A stretch of 20,000 nt of DNA, from sequence record SRR31156797_6344, one strand, 5' to 3'. Positions within the stretch are counted from its first letter, which is position 1, and each line of letters begins with the position of its first letter. Under the pieces are notes generated by a model. That model was not told the origin of the DNA. It ran no database searches and saw only the letters and a program-made list of their open reading frames with translations. Made by a program: the position numbers and the translations under genes. Shown here in pieces: positions 1-6,821 of this stretch.

Positions 1-201
1 TTGGTGAGTCACGATTTAGCGGTGGTTGCTCACCTATGTAGCAAAATTGCGGTGATGCAGCATGGTGAAATACTAGAAACGCTTGAAAGTGGTGATTTGG
101 TGATGACACCAGAAAATCATCCATACACGCGAATGCTGGTCGATGCGAGCCATCAATATTCAAGAGATATGGCTAGCGCAGCTGCCATGGTGATTGATTA
201 A
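1..201 (+). CDS. C-terminal fragment of a peptide/oligopeptide ABC transporter ATP-binding subunit (DppF/OppF-like); gene starts upstream of the window
   Basis: VSHDL H-loop/switch motif, then 'VVAHLCSKIAVMQHGEI' and 'HPYTRML', typical of the C-terminus of oligopeptide ABC ATPases. The TTG at position 1 is a window-edge artefact. Confidence 0.85.
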   Translation: MVSHDLAVVAHLCSKIAVMQHGEILETLESGDLVMTPENHPYTRMLVDASHQYSRDMASAAAMVID

Positions 202-247
202 CGAGTGATTAATTCAAAATTATAAAAGTGAAGGTGTACTTGCCGTT

Positions 248-275
248 GCCCACAGTTGCCGCTGTGGGCTTTTTT
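248..275 (+). terminator. Rho-independent terminator of the ABC operon
   Basis: GCCCACAG (248-255), loop TTGCCG, CTGTGGGC (262-269), then TTTTTT (270-275). Confidence 0.85.
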
Positions 276-399
276 CGTAAATAAGAACGATGACCTGAAT
301 TGTTAATGGAAGCGGCAACCTGGTGGATCCAAAAAACTCCAGTTAAACCATTTTGAAAAAGCCCACAAAATTATTTCTATGATTGAGTCTGGTAAGTGA
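268..399 (+). pseudogene. 5'-truncated, doubly frameshifted remnant of a small conserved protein (DUF6500-like)
   Basis: Manual translation across a -1 shift (~295) and a +1 shift (~336) gives AFFVNKNDD-ELLMEAATWWIQK-LQLNHFEKAHKIISMIESGK*, ending at TGA 397-399. This matches my recollection of the DUF6500 C-terminal half (AFFANKNDDPELLMEAAxWWI...LDHFEKA). No start codon or N-terminal half is present. Confidence 0.6.
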
Positions 400-456
400 T
401 TCTTACTATCAGACCTTCCAGCCCTAAATAAAACACTTTACTATTAAATGTGTTGC

Positions 457-577
457 TCATAACAAACAGGCTCAGTGAAACTATCATTGTCCGCTCAGTC
501 TAGTATAAAGAGTATCCGTGACTGAGGTTGAGTTGGGTGCTTATCTTGACAGGTAACTCTTGGCGGTTTTGTTTTCC
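457..577 (+). repeat. Degenerate attC / Vibrio-repeat (VCR)-like element
   Basis: Starts TCATAACAAAC (R''-like TAAC at 460-463) and ends CTTGGCGGTTTTGTT (GTT at 571-573). Outer arms are imperfectly complementary; an inner perfect inverted repeat CTCAGTC (494-500)/GACTGAG (520-526) is present. About 120 bp, like Vibrio repeats. R' (GTTTTCC) is non-consensus. Confidence 0.45.
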
Positions 578-600
578 AATATCCTTCGACAGAGGTAGTT

Positions 601-1110
601 ATGACGTCAGTTCCTCAAAACAAGCAGCAACTTGAATCAGCTATCACATCGACATTTTCTAAGTTGATGCAAGATTATCGTTCATTTCCAAACCATCTCG
701 CTCGAGAAAAAGGTGTGGAAGGTAACGTAAAAGGAACGATCATCAGTGTTGCGGATACGGTGAGCTATCTGATTGGCTGGGGAAAGTTGGTGCTGAAATG
801 GCACACTCTTAAATCGCAACAGCTCCCTGTCGATATTCCAGAGACGGGCTATAAGTGGAATCAACTTGGTGCACTGGCTGAGCATTTTCATCGAGAGTAT
901 CGAGACTGGACTTACCCAGATTTACTCAATGAACTTGAACTCACTATCAACAAAGTACTCTCGTTGGTCGCAAGCTTAAGCAACCATGAGTTGTATGAAG
1001 TCGACTGGTATGAAAAGTGGACGTTGGGACGTATGATCCAGTTTAATACTTCCTCTCCGATGAAGAATATCCGAACAAAAGTTAGACGTTTTAATAAGCT
1101 ACTTACATAA
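601..1110 (+). CDS. ClbS/DfsB-family (DUF1706) protein, homolog of the colibactin self-resistance cyclopropane hydrolase
   Basis: Shares the blocks 'KGTxISVAxxVSYLIGWGxLVLxW', 'PExGxKWNxLGxLA' and 'WYxKWTxGRMIQFNTxSPxKN' with E. coli ClbS. Tyr56 in SYLIGW aligns with catalytic Tyr55. RBS GAGG upstream. Confidence 0.88.
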   Translation: MTSVPQNKQQLESAITSTFSKLMQDYRSFPNHLAREKGVEGNVKGTIISVADTVSYLIGWGKLVLKWHTLKSQQLPVDIPETGYKWNQLGALAEHFHREYRDWTYPDLLNELELTINKVLSLVASLSNHELYEVDWYEKWTLGRMIQFNTSSPMKNIRTKVRRFNKLLT

Positions 1111-1240
1111 TCGGATGTTAGACTTGTGTGACATTGTCACTTATTTGTTTGTGTTAAATAGGTGTGGTCACCACGATCGTTGGTCTGATAATTTTAATGG
1201 TAAGTTAATATCAAACGTTTACGCAAACGAGGTTGCAAAC

Positions 1241-1486
1241 ATGATGAGCTGCAGTAATTATGACTATATCGAGATAGTCTGCTTATTTAAGTATCCTGTT
1301 AAAATAGAATTAAAAACAGGTGAAATCGTGACAGGGCAGGCGGTCGATACGGTTAGAAATGACCAACGTGAAGAATGTATTAAGTTGAAACTGGAAATAG
1401 ATGAGTTGTTAGTCATTTTAGACTCAATCGCGAGATTAACAGTGTTGGTAGAAAATCGCCATTTTCAAGAGGTTGTATTCGACTAA
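1241..1486 (+). CDS. rof: Rho-binding antiterminator (Rof/YaeO family), 81 aa
   Basis: 'SCSNYDYIEIVC' matches the Rof motif C-xx-YD-x-[IL]E-[IL]-x-C, followed by 'IELKTGEIVTGQAVD'. Start moved from 1115 to ATG 1241 because of RBS GAGG at 1229-1232 and the typical family length. Confidence 0.85.
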   Translation: MMSCSNYDYIEIVCLFKYPVKIELKTGEIVTGQAVDTVRNDQREECIKLKLEIDELLVILDSIARLTVLVENRHFQEVVFD

Positions 1487-1547
1487 CTCGTCCAGACGTT
1501 TCTAACACCTTTTAGATTAATTGGTGATTTGTAAAAATGGTAACAGG

Positions 1548-1750
1548 ATGATCGAAAGGAAGAGTGGGATTCTTAAATCACCAGTGCTCCAGTGGTTATT
1601 GCTGATATAGCTGATAAAACTAAGATGGATAGAATATGGTGCGAATGGAAGGGAGATAACCCTGACCACAGGCCGTAATGGGGATGTCTAGGGGGAGCGT
1701 TAGAAGGTGACGCTCTTATTGAATTAACGGTGACGGCAATACGAGGCTAG
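1548..1750 (+). pseudogene. RidA/YjgF-family pseudogene (internal deletion with frameshift plus a premature stop)
   Basis: ATG 1548 gives MIERKSGILK. A second frame from 1577 gives ITSAPVVIADIADKTKMDRIWCEWKGDNPDHRP*WGCLGGALEGDALIELTVTAIRG*, with in-frame TAA 1676-1678 and final TAG 1748-1750. This resembles the RidA C-terminus (W..W...PxRACxxxxLxxxxLIExxVTA). Confidence 0.75.
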
Positions 1751-1753
1751 AAG

Positions 1754-2206
1754 ATGATTCCAGTAGATACCTCCTATGTTTCAGGCATCGCCCTGTCTGA
1801 AATTGATGGTGAAATGAAAATGCTATTAATGAAGCGGGTTAAAGGTGAATACTGGTGCCATGTGGCGGGCTCGATAGAAGCGGGTGAAACGGGTTGGCAG
1901 GCCATCGTTCGAGAATTCAAGGAAGAGACTCAGATTGATGTCCCGAACCTCTATAACACGCAAATTATCGACCAGTTTTTTGAAGCAAGCGTGAATGTGA
2001 TTGAACTCATCCCGGTGTTTGTTGTGTTGTGTCCCCCGAATCAAGCTGTTCAACTTAATCATGAGCACACGGAATACAAATGGTGTACTTTGACAGAAGC
2101 CATCGAACTCGCGCCTTTTCCAAATCAACATGCGGTGTTTTCACGCGTATGGTCTTATTTTGTCGAAAGACCCGTTAATGAAATGTATCGAGTTAATATT
2201 GGCTGA
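1754..2206 (+). CDS. Nudix hydrolase (NudB-like)
   Basis: Nudix box GSIEAGETGWQAIVREFKEETQI; C-terminal 'LNHEHTEYKW'. Confidence 0.9.
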   Translation: MIPVDTSYVSGIALSEIDGEMKMLLMKRVKGEYWCHVAGSIEAGETGWQAIVREFKEETQIDVPNLYNTQIIDQFFEASVNVIELIPVFVVLCPPNQAVQLNHEHTEYKWCTLTEAIELAPFPNQHAVFSRVWSYFVERPVNEMYRVNIG

Positions 2207-2285
2207 CGTATGTGGGTGATGCTAATTACTGGGTTTAAGGGAAACGTCGTATTGAGTTTATAGAAACGTTATGAGGTAAATGTAG

Positions 2286-2972
2286 ATGCAAAAACTGGCT
2301 ACAGACATTTGGATCTTTGATGGAGAATCGGTCCAGTTCTTAGGCTTACCTTTTACCACTCGGATGACAATAGTTCGCCTTTCAAGTGGTGATCTCTGGG
2401 TCCACAGTCCTATACAGCTTTCCGAGCAGATTAACGAGCAAGTTAGCAGCTTAGGTTGCGTTAAGTACTTGGTTGCGCCTAATCATTTACATCACCTGTT
2501 TTTACCAGAATGGATCGCTGCTTATCCTGAAGTTAACGTTTATGGAACCGATGAACTCATTAAAAAACGCGATGATATTTCGTTTCATGGCTCTCTTAAT
2601 CATCGACATAGCTGGGCATGGAATGGCGATATCGAGCAAGAGCTGTTTTCGGGGTCGCCGATAATGGAAGAATGCGTATTTTTTCACAAACCCTCGGCGA
2701 CCTTGATTGTCACTGACTTGGTCGAAAATTTTTCAGGTCAAGACTTTAATTACTGGCAACGGCTTGTTGCAAAGGGTGTGGGTATTCTCGCTCCCAATGG
2801 CAAAACACCTTTAGACTGGCGTTTGAGTTTCATGTTTGGTAAGCGAGATGCGCGTAAACACCTGGATAAACTTTTGTCTTGGAATCCACAAATATTGGTG
2901 ATGTCACATGGCGAAATCGTAACAGAAAATACCGGTGTGTTTTTAGCGAGGTCTTTTAAATGGCTCATATAG
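2286..2972 (+). CDS. DUF4336-family protein (metallo-beta-lactamase-like fold)
   Basis: Motifs 'RMTIVRL', 'LWVHSPI', 'APNHLHHLFLPEW', 'FFHKPSATLIVTDL' and 'MSHG'; RBS GAGG upstream. Confidence 0.85.
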   Translation: MQKLATDIWIFDGESVQFLGLPFTTRMTIVRLSSGDLWVHSPIQLSEQINEQVSSLGCVKYLVAPNHLHHLFLPEWIAAYPEVNVYGTDELIKKRDDISFHGSLNHRHSWAWNGDIEQELFSGSPIMEECVFFHKPSATLIVTDLVENFSGQDFNYWQRLVAKGVGILAPNGKTPLDWRLSFMFGKRDARKHLDKLLSWNPQILVMSHGEIVTENTGVFLARSFKWLI

Positions 2973-3025
2973 TTTTGGGCAATGTATGGAAGAACGGTTT
3001 GTAGCAAGATATTTAAGGATAGATA

Positions 3026-3778
3026 GTGAAAACATCAGTAATCATTAGTTTGGCTCAAGTCCCTGTAGTCAGAGGGGCATTAGAAGAGAATCTTACACAA
3101 CATATTCATATGATTGAAAAATCCGCACAGAATGATGCAGATTTAGTTGTATTCCCAGAATTATCCCTGACTGGTTATGAGCTGGATTTAGCTCAAGAGT
3201 TGGCTTTTACACCTGAATCAGATCTGTTAACAGGGCTTTCTCAATCTGCTGTGCAACATCAGATTACTGTTATTGCAGGCTGTCCTCTTAAATCAGAGGC
3301 GAACGTCAAACCAACCATAGGTGCCGTTATTTACTTTCCAGATGGCTCAATGCAATTCTACTCAAAGCAGTATTTACACCAAGGAGAGGAGAAGTTTTGT
3401 TCTAACGGTTCTACAGATTATGTTCTGGAACTCAATGGAAATAAAATCGCACTCGCGGTATGTGCTGATTTTGTATCACCAGAGCATTCGCAAAGAGCAG
3501 CGGAGCATGGTGCTGATGTTTATATCGCTAGCGCATTAATCTCCCCAAATGGGTTCGCTACTGACGCTAACATATTGTCGGGTATCGCTTCTAAATACTC
3601 CTTTCCTGTGCTCTTGAGTAACCATATTTCGACGACTGGTGGGTGGGATACGTTCGGTAATAACTCGGTATGGAACCAAAGTGGCGAGCTTGTTTTAAGT
3701 TCAGGTTCTAAAGCAGAATGTTTAGTTGTGTGTAAAATAGCGGATGGTCAAATAGAAGCGAATACCGTTTATTGTTAA
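3026..3778 (+). CDS. Carbon-nitrogen hydrolase (nitrilase superfamily amidohydrolase)
   Basis: Glu-Lys-Cys triad in 'VFPELSLTGY', 'YSKQYL' and 'AVCAD'; GTG start after AAGGA. Confidence 0.9.
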   Translation: MKTSVIISLAQVPVVRGALEENLTQHIHMIEKSAQNDADLVVFPELSLTGYELDLAQELAFTPESDLLTGLSQSAVQHQITVIAGCPLKSEANVKPTIGAVIYFPDGSMQFYSKQYLHQGEEKFCSNGSTDYVLELNGNKIALAVCADFVSPEHSQRAAEHGADVYIASALISPNGFATDANILSGIASKYSFPVLLSNHISTTGGWDTFGNNSVWNQSGELVLSSGSKAECLVVCKIADGQIEANTVYC

Positions 3779-3806
3779 GGTTACGAGATCTTAGTTATTT
3801 CAGGGA

Positions 3807-4427
3807 ATGATGATGGAAATTTGGAAGCTGCTTTTCTTTATACCTGCGTGTTTTGCTTTGAACATGACACCAGGCCCCAATAACTTACTCTCACTGAACA
3901 ATGCGCGTTGTTATGGGTTTCAATCAGCCTTTATTGCTGGCTTAGGTAGAATTAGCGCGTTTTCATTCATGATTGCGTTAGCAGGTTCCGGATTGGCTGT
4001 GGTGTTGTATACGTCAGAGGTTCTATTTTTAGTTATAAAAGTTTTGGGTGCCGCGTATTTACTATGGATTGCGTTCAACCTGTGGCGAACTAACACAAGC
4101 CCGGTAGCGGATATCAAGAATACGCGAAATCGTTTTGAGTTAGCGAAACAGGAGTTCCTGCTAGCGGCGGGTAACCCCAAAGCAATTCTCATTTTTACCG
4201 CTTTTCTTCCCCAGTTTGTTGATGTCTCAGGCAATGTAAGCCAACAGTTTATGGTGCTTGGCAGCACTTTTTTGGTATTGGAGCTGGGAGCGATTTCTAT
4301 CTATGCACTTTTTGGTTTGTACTTAAGGCATTGGTTTAACCAGCCTAAGATGGCGAAACGTTTCAATCGTGCTTGCGCGACATTTTTAGCCGTATCTGGC
4401 GCTAACCTTTTGTTAAGCAGACAGTAA
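3807..4427 (+). CDS. LysE/RhtB-family amino-acid exporter
   Basis: Motifs 'TPGPNNLL', 'GAAYLLW' and 'NPKAIL.FTAFLPQF'; about 6 hydrophobic segments. Confidence 0.9.
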   Translation: MMMEIWKLLFFIPACFALNMTPGPNNLLSLNNARCYGFQSAFIAGLGRISAFSFMIALAGSGLAVVLYTSEVLFLVIKVLGAAYLLWIAFNLWRTNTSPVADIKNTRNRFELAKQEFLLAAGNPKAILIFTAFLPQFVDVSGNVSQQFMVLGSTFLVLELGAISIYALFGLYLRHWFNQPKMAKRFNRACATFLAVSGANLLLSRQ

Positions 4428-4434
4428 TGCAAAG

Positions 4435-4887
4435 TTACACCTTACTGGACCAATCTTCAGGGTGAGTAAGACGCGTTTTATCAGTAAAGGTTTCAGCTCT
4501 AACATCCTGAGGGTTATATAGTGCGCAGCTATCCATAGATAAACAGCCACAACCGATACATCCTCCAAGATCATTTTGCAGTGCTTTTAACTGCTGAATT
4601 TTATGTTCTAGCATCGCATCCCAGTTAGAAGCCATTGCGTCCCATTGTTCGCGATTGGGGGCTTGATGTTTTGGTAGGTCGACCAGTGACTTTGCAATCT
4701 CTTCGAGTGTTAAACCGACGACTTGAGCGGCCTTTATCACGGCAAGCCTGCGCAGGACATTTCGGTGATAGCGACGCTGATTTCCCTGATTTCGCCAACT
4801 AAAAATAAGTCCTTTCTGCTCATAAAAATGCAGAGTCGATACTTTTATTCCCGCTCTTTTTGCAACCTCACCAACGGTCATTTCCAT
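4435..4887 (-). CDS. soxR: Redox-sensitive transcriptional activator SoxR (MerR family, [2Fe-2S])
   Basis: MerR HTH 'VGEVAKRAGIKVSTLHFYE', 'GNQRRY', cluster motif CIGCGCLSMDSC; adjacent to a SoxR box. Confidence 0.97.
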   Translation of the reverse strand: MEMTVGEVAKRAGIKVSTLHFYEQKGLIFSWRNQGNQRRYHRNVLRRLAVIKAAQVVGLTLEEIAKSLVDLPKHQAPNREQWDAMASNWDAMLEHKIQQLKALQNDLGGCIGCGCLSMDSCALYNPQDVRAETFTDKTRLTHPEDWSSKV

Positions 4888-4940
4888 CTTAGTTTCCCCT
4901 AATCCTTTTGCCAGACAATTAAATAACGTGAAAAAAGCGC

Positions 4941-4971
4941 TTTACCTCAAGTTAACTTGAGGTATTAACGT
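4941..4971 (+). promoter_or_regulatory. SoxR box within a MerR-type promoter with a 19-bp spacer
   Basis: Perfect 22-bp palindrome TACCTCAAGTTAACTTGAGGTA (4943-4964) containing the canonical CCTCAAGTTAACTTGAGG. -35 TTTACC at 4941-4946, 19-bp spacer, -10 TAACGT at 4966-4971; same layout as the E. coli soxS promoter. Confidence 0.93.
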
Positions 4972-5002
4972 ATCACTAAATGCACATCTGTTGGAATAAA
5001 AA

Positions 5003-5146
5003 ATGGAATTAGAACTAAAAAGATCTAAGCGAATACAGTTACGTCATTTGGGGTGGTTAGCAATCGGTGCAATGGTATTTGGCGTTACCGCTGCCATATG
5101 GGTGATTCTAATTCGCTACTACAACTTTTTTATTTGGTACATCTAA
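5003..5146 (+). CDS. Putative 47-aa single-pass membrane peptide, first ORF after the SoxR promoter
   Basis: MELELKRSKRIQLRHLGWLAIGAMVFGVTAAIWVILIRYYNFFIWYI*: basic N-terminus then ~22 hydrophobic residues. GGAA RBS-like sequence upstream; ~25 nt after the predicted TSS. Too short for the ORF track. Confidence 0.5.
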   Translation: MELELKRSKRIQLRHLGWLAIGAMVFGVTAAIWVILIRYYNFFIWYI

Positions 5147-5257
5147 TCGTATGAAAGTAGGCGTTTTATTGAACTGTTGTTAAGGGAAAATACCTCAGAT
5201 ACATCCAGTATCGACTGCCACAGTCGAACTCAGTCAAAGTTCATCGGGAATAGTGAT

Positions 5258-6460
5258 ATGGAATCAAATAAAAAAACACGTGTGGCTAGTTACTTATCAG
5301 GACGTTTCTTCGATGGTATTTCTTCTGGATTATTCATGATGGCGTTGCCTTGGGTCATGCTATCAATACCCAATATGGGGCCATTTGTGGCAATGGTTGC
5401 CCTAGGTTGCACCGCGATTTCTTTTGTTTTGACGCCCATATTCTCAACCTTGATTGACCGACACTCGAGAAAGCGACTTCTTGTGTCAGTTCAGCTGCTG
5501 CAAGCTTCGACGGCAGCTTTGGTCGCCGTGACATATTCGCTAGGGTACGAGTCTCACTGGCTACTTGCTGCAGCACAACTCGTGTTTTGGGTGTCGAGTA
5601 ACTTAGCTTGGACAGCGAACAATGCGTTTACTCAAGAAAACTTCTATCAGCATGAGTATGCGAAAATTTCAGGTAAGCAAGAGATCATTATGCAGGGTAC
5701 AACGCTTGGGGCAGGAGCATTGGGGGTGATCCTACTCGAGACATGGGGCATGTTTGAGTTTGCTCTGTTTGCGGCTGTTGCTTCCGGAATTTCATGTATT
5801 AGCTACATGCTAACACCTTATCGTCGTCAGCTACGGTACACCACGTCCATTTCTTTCTTTTCTCAGATGAAAGAGAGTCGGGAGATCTTCAGTCAGCGTC
5901 CCCAGTTTTATGCGTTTATTATGCTTTCAGCACTGAGCTATCCAATCCTAACCTTTCTAACTAAGTTGGTTCCTATTTGGTTTTCAGAGACAGGAGTCGC
6001 GGGTGATTGGTTCGCGGGATACAACATTGCTTTCGGGATGGGCTCGCTTGTCACTGGTCTGTTAGTCGGACGATTATTAGGTTTGGGTTCGCATCAAATG
6101 ATTATGGTGGGAGCGATGGGGCTGGCAGCGTTGATGCTAGTCGGTATGAGTATTTCACCGTCACCACAAATACTTTTACTGTTCACGTTCTTTTTTGGCA
6201 CCTTCAATGCGTTAAATCGTATTGCTCGAACCAACTGGATGCATCATTCAATCGACATGCATCAACGTGGAAGAGCGGATGGTGGGCTACAAATGTTCTC
6301 TACTTTGGCTCAAAGTATCAGCTATGTCGCTATCGCGTTTCTGAGCCACTTTGGCGTCACCCAGCTAGGATTCTTTGCTGCCGCAACAGTGATGATTGTT
6401 GCCGTATTAATGATGATGCGACTTAACAAAGGGCCAGAACTTGCGGCACACGCAGTGTAA
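5258..6460 (+). CDS. MFS transporter (putative efflux), probably SoxR-regulated, 400 aa
   Basis: About 12 hydrophobic segments; motif-A-like 'STLIDRHSRKRLL' and 'QRGRADG'. Start set at ATG 5258 (RBS GGGAA 5246-5250) rather than TTG 5177. Confidence 0.88.
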   Translation: MESNKKTRVASYLSGRFFDGISSGLFMMALPWVMLSIPNMGPFVAMVALGCTAISFVLTPIFSTLIDRHSRKRLLVSVQLLQASTAALVAVTYSLGYESHWLLAAAQLVFWVSSNLAWTANNAFTQENFYQHEYAKISGKQEIIMQGTTLGAGALGVILLETWGMFEFALFAAVASGISCISYMLTPYRRQLRYTTSISFFSQMKESREIFSQRPQFYAFIMLSALSYPILTFLTKLVPIWFSETGVAGDWFAGYNIAFGMGSLVTGLLVGRLLGLGSHQMIMVGAMGLAALMLVGMSISPSPQILLLFTFFFGTFNALNRIARTNWMHHSIDMHQRGRADGGLQMFSTLAQSISYVAIAFLSHFGVTQLGFFAAATVMIVAVLMMMRLNKGPELAAHAV

Positions 6461-6475
6461 GCAACACACTCAATT

Positions 6476-6604
6476 CTAAAAAATGTGTTCTGCGAGTTCG
6501 ACCAAGCTTGTTACAACAATTGGTGTAGAAAACAATAGCAGTGTCACTAGGGTTGATGTAATCACTAGCGTATAAGTCATCAAAGCAGCTTCATTAAATT
6601 TCAT
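6476..6604 (-). CDS. Putative 42-aa hydrophobic small protein
   Basis: MKFNEAALMTYTLVITSTLVTLLLFSTPIVVTSLVELAEHIF*. RBS context TATGGAACGACTAGA-ATG is very similar to that of gntR (GTGGAACGACGAT-ATG). It fills an otherwise empty intergenic gap. Confidence 0.45.
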   Translation of the reverse strand: MKFNEAALMTYTLVITSTLVTLLLFSTPIVVTSLVELAEHIF

Positions 6605-6762
6605 TCTAGTCGTTCCATAACGAGTTGGTATTAAGCGTGAATATGAGAGCTCTAATATTAATTGGCTGATTAATCATTGGGTTATGGAAGCGTCAGAACC
6701 ATTCCTCCACTGTTAATTCGACTATTTTTGCGAGTGACCGCACGGAAGTTGGCTTGTTCTAG

Positions 6763-6790
6763 AAAGAAAAATCCCCGCAGAAGCGGGGAT
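6763..6790 (-). terminator. Rho-independent terminator of the hutG-yjiH-like operon
   Basis: Stem ATCCCCGC (6771-6778)/GCGGGGAT (6783-6790); on the - strand followed by TTTTCTTT. Confidence 0.85.
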
Positions 6791-6821
6791 AGAACAAAGC
6801 TACGTTGTCAGCTGTTACCAT

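Noticed and set aside
387..414. Bulged hairpin GTCTG-GTAAG/CTTAC-CAGAC at the end of the DUF6500-like remnant
   Set aside because: No U tract and no attC core sites; cannot be assigned a function.
1115..1240. N-terminal 42 codons of the 123-aa ORF-track call
   Set aside because: No RBS at 1115, and Rof homology begins at ATG 1241, which has a GAGG RBS.
5177..5257. TTG-start extension of the MFS gene, and TACCTCA (5191-5197) as a second SoxR site
   Set aside because: The extension is hydrophilic and a better ATG with an RBS lies at 5258. The TACCTCA half-site has no partner half.
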